A stretch of DNA of 64,000 bases from Syntrophobacterales bacterium (GCA_018053845.1 JAGPKU010000001.1:22252-86251), one strand, 5' to 3'; positions 49,115 to 58,095 are shown, counted from the stretch's first letter. Made by a program: numbers and translations. Notes: generated by a model not told the origin, from the letters alone.

Positions 49115-49839
49115 GCGACAAACCGGTTGCCATCGTGACGGGAAGCGGCACGGGGATCGGCGCGGCCTGCGCGCGGGCCCTGGCGAAGGAAGGCTTCCGC
49201 GTGGGGCTGCACTACCGCAAGAGCGCCGGGGGCGCCACGTCCCTCCAGGCGGAGCTGGGCGACGCCTTCCTGCTGCAGGCCGACCTGGCCGAGATCGACC
49301 AGGTGGAGGCCCTGGTGAACCGGATCAGGGAAGAGGCCGGTCGCGCCGACGTCCTCGTCAACAACGCGGGCCTCTCCATCAACGCCGACATCAACGCCAT
49401 GAAGGTGGAGCAGTTCGACGAGCAGCGGGCCCTCACGAGGGGGATCTGGTATCTCACGAAACGGGTGCTTCGCCAGTTCATGCTTCGGAAGGGGAGCGGA
49501 CGGATCATCAACATCTCGAGCGTCGTGGGGCACACGGGAAACGCGGGGCAGATCCCCTACACGATGGAGAAGGCGGCCCTCGATGTCTTCACGAAGTCGC
49601 TCTGCCGGGAGCTGGCGGGACGCAACATCCTCGTCAACTCCGTGGCGCCGGGATTCATCGACACGGAGATGACGGCGGTGCTGCCCGGGGAGATCCGGGA
49701 GCGGCTCCTGGCCGGCGTGCCGCTGGGCCGCATGGGCAGGCCGGAGGAAGTGGCCGAGGCGGTGGCCTTTCTCGCGACGAAGGGATCCTACATCACGGGA
49801 ACCGTCATCCACGTCAACGGGGGGCTCTATGGCGGCTGA
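49111..49839 (+). CDS. 3-oxoacyl-ACP reductase (FabG-like SDR)
   Basis: TGSGTGIG, NNAG, S...YxxxK (IPYTMEKAA), PGFIDT. ATGA overlap with the FabA-like gene. Confidence 0.9.
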   Translation: MSDKPVAIVTGSGTGIGAACARALAKEGFRVGLHYRKSAGGATSLQAELGDAFLLQADLAEIDQVEALVNRIREEAGRADVLVNNAGLSINADINAMKVEQFDEQRALTRGIWYLTKRVLRQFMLRKGSGRIINISSVVGHTGNAGQIPYTMEKAALDVFTKSLCRELAGRNILVNSVAPGFIDTEMTAVLPGEIRERLLAGVPLGRMGRPEEVAEAVAFLATKGSYITGTVIHVNGGLYGG

Positions 49840-50302
49840 TCGCGAAACACGGCAGAAGGTCCTGGCGGCGGTTCCGCAGCAGGCCCCCTTCCGCTTCGTC
49901 GACGAGATCCTGGAGCTGGACACGGAGCACGTCGTCGGCGCCTATCGGTTCCGGGAGGACGAATGGTTCTACCGGGGGCACTTTCCCGGCCATCCCGTCA
50001 CGCCGGGGGTCATTCTCGTGGAGGCCATGGCGCAGACGGGCGTCGTCGCCTTCGGTCTCTACCTCGTCATGGCGCAGGGCCGGGAGGAAGAGCTCAAGAG
50101 AGGCAACCTGACGACGCTTTTCACGGTCATCGAGGCCATGGAGTTCACGGGCATGGTGGTGCCGGGTGAGCGCGTCATCATCCGGGGGGAAAAGGTCTAT
50201 TTCCGCAAGGGCAGCCTCAAGGCGAAGGTCAGCATGGAGAGGGAGAACGGGGAGCCCGTCGCCTCGGGCGTGCTGGCCGGCATGGGAGTCAACCTGCAAT
50301 GA
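49829..50302 (+). CDS. FabZ-like hotdog-fold 3-hydroxyacyl-ACP dehydratase
   Basis: PFRFVDEILE, FYRGHFPGHPVTPGVILVEAMAQ (FabZ His/Glu). 11-nt overlap with the FabG-like gene. Confidence 0.8.
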   Translation: MAADRETRQKVLAAVPQQAPFRFVDEILELDTEHVVGAYRFREDEWFYRGHFPGHPVTPGVILVEAMAQTGVVAFGLYLVMAQGREEELKRGNLTTLFTVIEAMEFTGMVVPGERVIIRGEKVYFRKGSLKAKVSMERENGEPVASGVLAGMGVNLQ

Positions 50303-51576
50303 GAACGAGGATCGTGATCACGGGTCTGGGGATCATGGCCCCCAACGGCCATGGCCTTGCCGAGTACGAGGCGGCCCTGCGGGAGGGGCGGTCGGGCATC
50401 CGCTTCATCCCGCGGCTCAAGGAGCTGGGGTTCGCCTGCCAGGTGGGCGGCGTCCCGCAGGGATTCGACGATCTCTGCCGGCGGTACTTCGACGCCGAGG
50501 ACATGCTCTCGGTCAACGACAACATCGGCTATGCCTGCATCGCCGCGATCGACGCGTGGCGCGACGCGGGCTTCACCGTGCCGAAGCCGGACAGCACGGA
50601 GGTGGACTGGGACACGGGGGCCATCATGGGCTCGGGGATCGGCGGCATGGACACGATCGCCGGACAGGTCGTCCCGAAGGTCAACGAGCACCAGATCCGG
50701 CGCCTGGGCAGCACCGTCGTCCAGATGGTCATGAACAGCTCCACGAGCGCCAAGATCGCCGGAATGCTGGCCCTGGGAAACCAGGTGACATCCAACTCGT
50801 CGGCCTGCAGCACCGGCAACGAGGCCATCATCGACGCCATGCTGCGAATCCGAAACGGGCTGGCGAAGCGGATGATCGCGGGGGGCTCCGAGGGGTCCTC
50901 ACCCTACATCTGGGCGGGGTTCGACGCCATGCGGGTGCTTTGCCGGAAGTTCAACGACGCCCCCGACAGGGCCTCGCGGCCCATGAGTGCGACGGCTGCG
51001 GGCTTCGTGCCCGGCTCCGGCGCCGGCGCCCTGGTCCTCGAGGACCTCGAGACGGCGCAACGGCGAGGGGCGAAGATCTACGCCGAGCTGCTCGGCGGGG
51101 CCGTCAACTGCGGCGGGCACCGCAACGGCGGCTCCATGACGGCACCCAACCCCGAAAGCGTCCGGCGCTGCATCCGCGCGGCCGCGGCCGACGCGGGGAT
51201 CTCGCCGGCCGATGTGGACGCCGTCAACGGTCACCTGACGGCCACCTTCGCCGACCCCTACGAGGTGAAGAACTGGGCCGCGGCCCTCGAGCGCTCTCCG
51301 GCGAACTTCCCCTGGATCAACTCGACCAAGTCGCTCGTGGGGCACTGCCTGGGCGGCGCCGGGGCCGTCGAGTCCGTGGGCGTCGTGCTGCAGCTCCACA
51401 GGGGGTTCATCCACCCCTCGGCCAACTGCGAAGACGTCCACCCCGAGATCTCGGCCTTCGCCCCGCGCATCCCGCAGTCGGCAATCGAGGACCCCGGGGT
51501 GAAGATCATCGCCAAGGCCGGCTTCGGCTTCGGCGACGTGAACAGCTGTATGATATTCAAACGATGGGACGGCTGA
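50299..51576 (+). CDS. 3-oxoacyl-ACP synthase I/II (FabB/FabF-like)
   Basis: MRTRIVITGLG, SSACSTG (Cys), NGHLTAT (His), LVGHCLGGAGAVE (His). ATGA overlap with the FabZ-like gene. Confidence 0.9.
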   Translation: MRTRIVITGLGIMAPNGHGLAEYEAALREGRSGIRFIPRLKELGFACQVGGVPQGFDDLCRRYFDAEDMLSVNDNIGYACIAAIDAWRDAGFTVPKPDSTEVDWDTGAIMGSGIGGMDTIAGQVVPKVNEHQIRRLGSTVVQMVMNSSTSAKIAGMLALGNQVTSNSSACSTGNEAIIDAMLRIRNGLAKRMIAGGSEGSSPYIWAGFDAMRVLCRKFNDAPDRASRPMSATAAGFVPGSGAGALVLEDLETAQRRGAKIYAELLGGAVNCGGHRNGGSMTAPNPESVRRCIRAAAADAGISPADVDAVNGHLTATFADPYEVKNWAAALERSPANFPWINSTKSLVGHCLGGAGAVESVGVVLQLHRGFIHPSANCEDVHPEISAFAPRIPQSAIEDPGVKIIAKAGFGFGDVNSCMIFKRWDG

Positions 51577-51707
51577 GGGCTTAAGGCAAAAGGCTTAAGG
51601 CAAAAACAAAGTACAAAACGGCGTGAGGCGTAAGGCATAAGGCGCAGGGCAAAGGAAGGAAACATTCTTCGTAGTTGCCTTAAGCCATGAGCCCTAAGCC
51701 CTGAGCC
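51571..51707. repeat. Heptad hairpin element, family C, in the KAS/ACP spacer
   Basis: GGCTGAGGGCTTAAGGCAAAAGGCTTAAGGCAAAAAC...TGAGGCGTAAGGCATAAGGCGCAGGGCAAAGG faces TTGCCTTAAGCCATGAGCCCTAAGCCCTGAGCC. It begins inside the KAS stop codon. Confidence 0.85.
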
Positions 51708-51729
51708 AATCACCGCAAAGGAGTGTGAA

Positions 51730-51978
51730 ATGGACGAGAAGAAGATTTTCCAGGAGCTGTGCAACATCCTCAAGCTGTACACGAAGAACCCCGAGCTTCT
51801 CGACACGGCGACCAAGGAAACCCATATCCTCAACGACCTGAAGGTCAACTCCGCGCGCCTCGTGGACGTGGTCATCAAGTGCGAGGACGTCTTCGGCATC
51901 TCCATCGACGACGACGAGGCGGACAAGATCCGCACCATCGGCGACGCCGTCGAGATCATCTTGAAGAAAGCGGCGTAG
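51730..51978 (+). CDS. Acyl carrier protein (dedicated)
   Basis: 82 aa, acidic. DLKVNSARLVDVV aligns with the ACP DSL phosphopantetheine-Ser helix II motif. Confidence 0.8.
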   Translation: MDEKKIFQELCNILKLYTKNPELLDTATKETHILNDLKVNSARLVDVVIKCEDVFGISIDDDEADKIRTIGDAVEIILKKAA

Positions 51979-52008
51979 CCTGTTGACCGGGGCCCATCCC
52001 GCGTGGAT

Positions 52009-52122
52009 GCGGAAGCTTGGAGGTTGGGAAGGGGTGAAGCTTGGAGAGGCCGAAAGCCCATCTCACGGTTTCCGCTTTTCCGAGCTTCCTGACTTCATCG
52101 CTTCGTAACCTCTGCCTTCTCT
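52009..52122. repeat. Heptad hairpin element, family D, in the ACP/acyltransferase spacer
   Basis: GCGGAAGCTTGGAGGTTGGGAAGGGGTGAAGCTTGGAGAGG faces CCGCTTTTCCGAGCTTCCTGACTTCATCGCTTCGTAACCTCTGCCTTCTC. Confidence 0.8.
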
Positions 52123-52334
52123 ACAGGCGCGTTGCATCCAGGCACTTTCGAAGAGACTGGGAAGAGGCGGGAACCGGTATCGGGGTCGGGTCAAGAAAGC
52201 GCGGGCAGTCAGTAAGCCATTCCCGATTGCCGCGAAGCGGCATGGCTCACCTTCTGAACTTCTCGCCTTTCCAACTTCGCCGGGTCAGGGGCATCGGCGA
52301 GGTTGGGGGAGAAAAAGCGCGGGCAGAACGGAAC

Positions 52335-53156
52335 ATGAACCAGAGCAATCAGAGGTGGCTGGCGGTTCAGGATGTGCTGAGCCGCCTGGCCGCCTTCCTC
52401 TATATCCCCCTCGTCGCCGTCGTCATCCGGCTGATGGGCTATCGGTTCCGGGACCTGAAGGCCTTCCGGCATCGGTGCCTGGAGGCGATGCGCAGCCACA
52501 ACGGGGGATGGCTCGTCTGCGCAAACCACCTGACGCTCGTTGACTCGGCCTTCATCGCCTATGCCATGCTGCCGCCCTGGCGCTACCTGTTCCGTTACCG
52601 TTGGCTCCCCTGGAACCTCCCGGAGCGGCGCAACTTCAACCGCAACCCCCTCGACACGACCGTCTGCTACCTGACGAAGTGCATCCCCGTCACGCGGGGC
52701 GGCGATCGCGAGGAGGTGAGGCGGACGCTCGAGAAGTGCGATCACCTGCTGAACACGGGGCATACGATCCTGGTGTTCCCCGAGGGCGGCCGCTCCCGGA
52801 CGGGACGGATCGACACGGAGAATTTCGCCTACGGCGTCGGCCGGTTCGTGAAAAACCTCGGCCGGTTGAAGATCCTGTGCATTTACTTCAGAGGTGATTG
52901 TCAGGCGACGTGGAGCTCTGTCCCGAGACCGGGCGACACCTTCACCATGGCCGCCGAGGTCTTCGAACCGGAGGGTGTCGCGTACAACGGTCTCAAGGCC
53001 CAGAGGGACTATGCCGGGCAGATCATCCGGCAGCTGGCCCGGATGGAGGAGAGGTACTTTGAGAGTAGGCAACGACATCGTGGATTTGACGGACCCCAAC
53101 AACAGGGGAAAGAGCAGGGACTCCCGGTACGTCAGCCGGGTGTTCACCCCGGCTGA
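52335..53156 (+). CDS. Lysophospholipid/1-acyl-glycerol-3-phosphate acyltransferase family (PlsC-like, HX4D)
   Basis: ATG 52335. CANHLTLVDS (HX4D) and VFPEGGRSRTG (FPEGTRS block). The 3' 98 nt overlap the next gene. Confidence 0.8.
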   Translation: MNQSNQRWLAVQDVLSRLAAFLYIPLVAVVIRLMGYRFRDLKAFRHRCLEAMRSHNGGWLVCANHLTLVDSAFIAYAMLPPWRYLFRYRWLPWNLPERRNFNRNPLDTTVCYLTKCIPVTRGGDREEVRRTLEKCDHLLNTGHTILVFPEGGRSRTGRIDTENFAYGVGRFVKNLGRLKILCIYFRGDCQATWSSVPRPGDTFTMAAEVFEPEGVAYNGLKAQRDYAGQIIRQLARMEERYFESRQRHRGFDGPQQQGKEQGLPVRQPGVHPG

Positions 53157-53793
53157 GCGGAAGCGGATCGAGAGCTTCCCGGAACCCGACGTGCTGCTCT
53201 GGTCGCTATGGGCCGGCAAAGAGGCCGCCTTCAAGGTGCTCGCGAAGAAGGACCCGGCCCTGCCCTTCGTCCCCCGAAATTACGAGGTGCACCTGGATGA
53301 ATACGGACTCCGGGGGACCTCGACGGACGCGGGGACCTGCAACCCCCACGTCGAGGGTGCCGTGCGGACCCCCGAGGGGACGGTTCCCCTGCGGACCTAC
53401 AGGCGCTGCACCTACATCCACGCCCTTGCCCTGTCAGAGGGCGAGGAGTGCTTCGACTACGTCTTCTGGCGGGTGGAAGTTCTGCCCGAGCTGAAGGGCG
53501 TCGACTCCCTCGAGGTGGAATCGCGCATCGTCCGCGAAGCCCTCAAACGCTGCGTGGCCACGCACCTGGGATGGAACCGGAAGGAGATGGAGATCCGGCG
53601 CACCGAGTCGGGCGGCCGTCCCGGCCCGCCCCGCCTGTACTACCAGGGCAAGCGCACCACCCTGGATCTGAGCCTCAGCCACGACGGCCACTTCGGGGCC
53701 TATGCCGTGCTGATGCCCAGTCCCGACGACAGGCCGCCGAAGTCCGATCATCCGGACCTTACCTGCCAGGCGGAGGACGCAGCCCTGCGGTGA
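53059..53793 (+). CDS. 4'-phosphopantetheinyl transferase
   Basis: TTG 53059, 4 nt after ggaggagagg, gives (M)RVGNDIVDL. WAGKEAAFK is the W..KEA..K motif. An alternative ATG lies at 53011. Confidence 0.7.
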   Translation: MRVGNDIVDLTDPNNRGKSRDSRYVSRVFTPAERKRIESFPEPDVLLWSLWAGKEAAFKVLAKKDPALPFVPRNYEVHLDEYGLRGTSTDAGTCNPHVEGAVRTPEGTVPLRTYRRCTYIHALALSEGEECFDYVFWRVEVLPELKGVDSLEVESRIVREALKRCVATHLGWNRKEMEIRRTESGGRPGPPRLYYQGKRTTLDLSLSHDGHFGAYAVLMPSPDDRPPKSDHPDLTCQAEDAALR

Positions 53794-53831
53794 TGCCGCC
53801 GGCCGGCTCGGCAACGGCGGCGCGGGAGGGC

Positions 53832-54719
53832 CTAGCGGGATTTTTCCTCGGGGTCGCCGGCGCTGAGGATTCGCATGATCTCGCTGCCGTAGATCTTCGC
53901 CTTCTTGGGCGAAAGGCCGCCGCAACGGACCAGCCCGTCGAGGGAGAGGGAATCGGTCTTCGCGATGTCGAAGAGGTCCTGGTCCGAGAGGATCATGAAG
54001 CGGGCCGTGTTGGTCTCCTGGGCCTTGCGGAACCGCCAGCGGTAGAGGTCGCGCAGTCTCCTCTTCTTCTCGGCCGGGAGGGTGTCGTAGCCCGGAATGC
54101 CCCGGTAGCCGCGGAGGTTGAACTTCTTCTCGGCCCACCGTACGGCGGCGATCCCTTCGAAGGCCCGCGCCGCCTGCCACTGCAGGCCCTTGGCCTCGAT
54201 CTCCGCGTTGAGCCGGCGGTACAGCGGGATGAGGTACCGGGTGTCCTCGACGGCGTAGTGGAGCTGCTCCTCCGTCAGGGGCCGCTTCTCCCAGCGGGAG
54301 CGCTGCATCTTCTTGGGTTTCTCGAGGCGTACCCCCAGGTACTGCTCGATGACGGAGGAAAGGGACAGGTGGTTGGAGCCCAGCAGGGCGGCGGCCCGGT
54401 GGGTGTCGAAGACGTTGGCGAACTCGAAGCCGTAGTCGCGGTTCAGGATCCGGATGTCGTTGTCGCCGGCGTGGATGACCTTGACCCGGTCCGGGTTCGC
54501 GAAGACCCCGCCGAGGAAGGACAGGTCGGTGGCCGTGTCGAGGGGGTCGATGAGGTAGATGCGCTGCTCCGTCCCGATCTGCAGCAGGCAGAGCTTCTCC
54601 CGGAAATAGCGGAACGAGTCGTACTCGGTGTCGATGGCGACGACGGGGGCGCCCTCGATATCATCGCGGACTCTCGACAGTTTCTGCCGCCCGTCCACCC
54701 ACAGCCACTTGCCCTTCAT
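53832..54719 (-). CDS. rnd: Ribonuclease D (DEDD 3'-5' exonuclease plus HRDC)
   Basis: VAIDTEYDS, LLQIGT, HAGDNDIRIL, YAVEDTRYL, and a C-terminal HRDC-like segment. Confidence 0.9.
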   Translation of the reverse strand: MKGKWLWVDGRQKLSRVRDDIEGAPVVAIDTEYDSFRYFREKLCLLQIGTEQRIYLIDPLDTATDLSFLGGVFANPDRVKVIHAGDNDIRILNRDYGFEFANVFDTHRAAALLGSNHLSLSSVIEQYLGVRLEKPKKMQRSRWEKRPLTEEQLHYAVEDTRYLIPLYRRLNAEIEAKGLQWQAARAFEGIAAVRWAEKKFNLRGYRGIPGYDTLPAEKKRRLRDLYRWRFRKAQETNTARFMILSDQDLFDIAKTDSLSLDGLVRCGGLSPKKAKIYGSEIMRILSAGDPEEKSR

Positions 54720-54750
54720 GCAGTCCGCCCGACAGGTTTATTCGCGCTTG

Positions 54751-54779
54751 TATATAAACCTCTTTTGCGCGGACTGCAA
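54751..54779 (-). promoter_or_regulatory. Sigma-70-like promoter of rnd (TTGCAG-N17-TATATA)
   Basis: Minus-strand hexamers at 54779-54774 and 54756-54751, embedded in nested inverted repeats (AGTCCGC...GCGGACT, AGGTTTAT...ATAAACCT). Confidence 0.5.
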
Positions 54780-54849
54780 CCAAAGATACCGGATCGCCGG
54801 GGGGACCGAAGGGGTCGGGGACGGCCGGCGAGAAAAGCGCGGGACCCGA

Positions 54850-55641
54850 TCAGAGGGTCAGGAAGCGGATCGCCTCCACCCCGGACAGGAAGGCCGCAAC
54901 CGCCAGCAGGGTTGCACAATCGGTCCGGGTGAAGTGCAGCTCGCGCAGGTACGTGCGGGGACCCCGGTGATAGCCGCGGCCCTCCATGGCCAGGGCCAGC
55001 TCGTCGGCCCGGCGGAACGTGCAGAGGATCAGGGGGATGACGAGGGTGGCCGTCTTCCGGAGCCGCCCCACGGGGCCGCCGGCCCTGAAATCGGCGCCCC
55101 GCGCCTCCTGAGCCTCCCGCATGCGCTCCACCTCCTCGAGCAGGGTGGGTACGAACCGCAGCGCCACGGAAACCATGAGGGCGATGTCGTGGGAGGGAAC
55201 ACCGATGCGGTTGAAGGGCCTGAGCAGCCTCTCGAGGCCCCCCACGATCTCCGAGGGGGCCGTCGTCATGGTGAGGATCGCGGCGCTCACGACGAGGGCG
55301 GCGAATTGCCAGGTCACACCGGCCCCGCGCCGGAGCCCCTCCCAGCTGACCGCGGGGAGAGCGGCGGCGATCGGCCGCCCTTCGGTCAGAAACAGGTGGA
55401 GGCCGAACAGGATCGCGAAGAACCACGCCAGGGGCCTGAGCGCCCCCGCGATGCGGCCGGCGGAGAGGCCGGCGAGCGCCGCGGCCGCCAGCAGGAACGA
55501 CGTGACGGCGAGACTTTCGGCGGCGCCGGCGTCCAGGATGACGACGCTCGTCAGCACGGCGGCGGCGATCTTCACCCGAGGGTCGAGCCGATGGACGAAA
55601 GAGTCCCCGGGCACGTACTGACCGAGGTGGAGGGCCTTCAT
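54850..55641 (-). CDS. ecfT: ECF transporter transmembrane (T) component EcfT/CbiQ
   Basis: Internal start MKALHLGQYVPGDSFVHRLDPRVK (ATG 55641, ATGA overlap with ecfA). C-terminal ARG/AMEGRGY motifs. Confidence 0.85.
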   Translation of the reverse strand: MKALHLGQYVPGDSFVHRLDPRVKIAAAVLTSVVILDAGAAESLAVTSFLLAAAALAGLSAGRIAGALRPLAWFFAILFGLHLFLTEGRPIAAALPAVSWEGLRRGAGVTWQFAALVVSAAILTMTTAPSEIVGGLERLLRPFNRIGVPSHDIALMVSVALRFVPTLLEEVERMREAQEARGADFRAGGPVGRLRKTATLVIPLILCTFRRADELALAMEGRGYHRGPRTYLRELHFTRTDCATLLAVAAFLSGVEAIRFLTL

Positions 55642-56480
55642 CGGCCGCCTCCCTTCGCCTGTCCGAGGAGGGCGGAGATCTCGCGCAAGGCCTCGTCCAC
55701 GGAGAGGACATCGGGCCGCACCCCGCAGCCCTGCGCCCGCAGGCGCCCCATGAGCTCCGTGATCTGCGGCGTCGCGAGGCCGAGGGACCGCAGGGCATCG
55801 GCCTCCCGGAAGACGTCCCTCGGGGCGCCTTCGCTCAGGATCGTGCCGCCGCTCATGACGACGACGCGGTCGGCCTCGGCGATCTCCTCCATGCTGTGGG
55901 TCACGTGGATGATTGAGATGCCCTCCCCCCTCAGGTCCTGGAGGACATTGAGGACCCGCTCGCGCCCCGCCGGGTCGAGATAGGAGGTCGGCTCGTCGAG
56001 TACGACATAGGCCGGCCTCATGGCGAGCACGCCGGCGATGGCCACGAGGCGCTTCTCGCCGCCCGAGAGCGAGTGGGGTGCGCGCTTGGCGAGCCTCAGC
56101 ATCCCCACCGTCTCGAGGGCCACGCCGACCCGCCCCCGGATCTCGGCGGGCGCCAGTCCGAGGTTGCCCGGCCCGAAGGCCACGTCCTCCTCGACGCTCA
56201 TCCCCACGATCTGGTTGTCGGGGTTCTGGAAGACCATCCCCACGCGGCGGCGGATCTCGCGGTGGGCCTTCGGGTCCCTCGTGCTGAGACCGTCGACCAG
56301 GACCTCCCCCTCCTGCGGGACGAGAAGGGCGTTGAAGTGCTTCACCAGGGTTGTCTTCCCGCAGCCGTTGGGGCCGATGACGGCCAGGTACTGCCCCTCG
56401 GGGATCTCGAGGCTCACGCCCTGAAGCACGGGGGGACCCTCCGGGTCGTATCGGGTTGTCAGCCGATTGGCCTGGATCAT
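55638..56480 (-). CDS. ecfA: ECF transporter ATP-binding component
   Basis: GPNGCGKTT (Walker A), LSGGEKRLVAIAG (signature), VVLDEPTS (Walker B), THSMEE. Confidence 0.9.
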   Translation of the reverse strand: MIQANRLTTRYDPEGPPVLQGVSLEIPEGQYLAVIGPNGCGKTTLVKHFNALLVPQEGEVLVDGLSTRDPKAHREIRRRVGMVFQNPDNQIVGMSVEEDVAFGPGNLGLAPAEIRGRVGVALETVGMLRLAKRAPHSLSGGEKRLVAIAGVLAMRPAYVVLDEPTSYLDPAGRERVLNVLQDLRGEGISIIHVTHSMEEIAEADRVVVMSGGTILSEGAPRDVFREADALRSLGLATPQITELMGRLRAQGCGVRPDVLSVDEALREISALLGQAKGGGR

Positions 56481-57013
56481 ATCCGGATGCGGTCCCTGAC
56501 CTTGAGGGTGATGACCGAAGCGGCGGCGATCTTGAGCGCATCGCCCGGCAGAAAGGGCAGCACGCCGACGGCGGCGGCCTTTTCCACGGAGAGCCTGCCG
56601 ATCAGGACGAGCTGGAGAACACCCAGGGCGTAGACGACGGCCGTGCCGGCCAGCATGGCGAACACGATCCAGACAAGCCCCGGCTTTTCACGCAACCGGA
56701 CGAACGTTCCCGTCACGAAGGCGCCGGCGACGAACCCGATGAGGTAGCCGCCCGTGGGGCCTATGAAGACGCCGAGGCCGGCCTTGCCGCCCGAGAAGAC
56801 CGGAAGGCCGATCACGCCCAGGACGATGTAGATGAGCTGGCTGAGCGCCCCGAGGCCCCCCCCGAGAAGCGAGCCCGCCAGGTAGAGAAACAGCGTCTGG
56901 AGCGTCACGGGGACGGGCTGCAGGGGAATCGAGACGAGCGCCCCGATCGCCGTGAGCGCCCCGAACAGGGAGGCGTAGATCATGCCGCGCGTCGATACAC
57001 TTTCAGTGGTCAT
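56477..57013 (-). CDS. bioY: Biotin transporter substrate-specific (S) component BioY
   Basis: PVPVTLQTLFLYLAGSLLG, GPTGGYLIGF, PFLPGDALK are BioY motifs. Confidence 0.85.
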   Translation of the reverse strand: MTTESVSTRGMIYASLFGALTAIGALVSIPLQPVPVTLQTLFLYLAGSLLGGGLGALSQLIYIVLGVIGLPVFSGGKAGLGVFIGPTGGYLIGFVAGAFVTGTFVRLREKPGLVWIVFAMLAGTAVVYALGVLQLVLIGRLSVEKAAAVGVLPFLPGDALKIAAASVITLKVRDRIRI

Positions 57014-57030
57014 TGGCGACTGTCCTCAGT

Positions 57031-57113
57031 GGCAAAGGGCCGTTTTGTATTTTGCTTTTCGCCTTGAGCCCGTTTCGTTTTGCCCTTAGCCTCATGCCTT
57101 TAGCCTTTAGCCT
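57031..57113. repeat. Family C element filling the birA/bioY spacer
   Basis: The reverse complement of 57039-57070 (GGCTCAAGGCGAAAAGCAAAATACAAAACGGC) aligns to 51592-51623 with 3 mismatches and 1 gap. The TAGCCTT heptads overlap the birA stop and last codons. Confidence 0.8.
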
Positions 57114-58095
57114 GTTCCATATATTCCACATCCCCCGCGATCACGCGCTCGACGGTGCCGTCCGCCCCGGTCAGCAGGAGCACGCCGTCATCGTCGATGC
57201 CCGAGATGACGCCCTCCAGGTGCCGGTCGAACGAGCGCACCCGGACCCGCCTGCCCGCCATGTCGGAGAGTTCCCTCCAGCGCCGGATCACGGGCCCGAA
57301 GCCCTCGCGTCCGACCCGGCGGTAGTGGCGCTCGAAGCGCCCGAGAAAGTCGGCAAGGATGTCCACGCGGGCCACGGGGCGGCCGGCCTCGGCTGCAAGG
57401 GACGTCGCCCGGTCCCGCAGCTCTGCCGGGAAGCGCCGGATGGGGGTGTTCACGTTGATCCCCACGCCGATGATGAGATAATCGATGGCGTCGATCTCCG
57501 CGGCGGCCTCGACCAGGATGCCGGCGACCTTCTTCCCCCCTGCCAGGACGTCATTGGGCCACTTGATGCTCACGGGTGTCGGGACGACCGGGATGAGCGT
57601 CTCCGCCAGGGCGACGCCGGCCAGCAGGGTCGTCTTCGGCGCCTCGGCCGGCTGGAAACGGGGCCTGAGCACCAGCGACAGGTAGATTCCCGCCCCCGGC
57701 GGAGAGAACCAGCTGCGCCCCATTCTGCCCCGCCCCGCCTTCTGGGACTCGGCAACGACGAGCGTCCCCTCGGCGGCCCCCGCGATCGCCAGGTCCCTGG
57801 CCAGGCGGTTCGTCGAGTCCACCTCGCTCTCGAACACGATCGGGCGGCCGAGGCGCTCCGACCGCAGGGCGGACTCGATCTCGGCCGGGCGGATCCGGTC
57901 CAGGGCCTCGCGGAGCAGATAGCCCTTGCGCGTCGAGGATTCGATGACGTGGCCCTCCGCCCTCAGGCTGCCGACGTGCTTCCAGACGGCGGTCCGCGAG
58001 ATCCTCAGCTCGCGGCTCAGGTCCTCCCCGGACACCCATCCGCCCCCCGACTCCTTGAGGCGGCCGAGCACATGCTGTCTTGCGTTGGGTTTCAT
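57100..58095 (-). CDS. birA: Bifunctional biotin--[acetyl-CoA-carboxylase] ligase / biotin operon repressor
   Basis: ATG 58095. N-terminal wHTH (SGEDLSRELRISRTAVWKHVGSLRAEG), QKAGRGRMGRSWFSP (GRGRxGR), KWPNDV. Confidence 0.9.
   Translation of the reverse strand: MKPNARQHVLGRLKESGGGWVSGEDLSRELRISRTAVWKHVGSLRAEGHVIESSTRKGYLLREALDRIRPAEIESALRSERLGRPIVFESEVDSTNRLARDLAIAGAAEGTLVVAESQKAGRGRMGRSWFSPPGAGIYLSLVLRPRFQPAEAPKTTLLAGVALAETLIPVVPTPVSIKWPNDVLAGGKKVAGILVEAAAEIDAIDYLIIGVGINVNTPIRRFPAELRDRATSLAAEAGRPVARVDILADFLGRFERHYRRVGREGFGPVIRRWRELSDMAGRRVRVRSFDRHLEGVISGIDDDGVLLLTGADGTVERVIAGDVEYMEQAKG

Noticed and set aside
45147-53793. FAS-like locus as an aryl-polyene or flexirubin-type cluster
   Set aside because: It lacks the hallmark adenylating enzyme, ammonia-lyase, second ACP/CLF-type KS, LolA-like/MMPL export genes and methyltransferase. 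It contains FabD-like, FabA-like and ACAD genes, which are not typical of those clusters.
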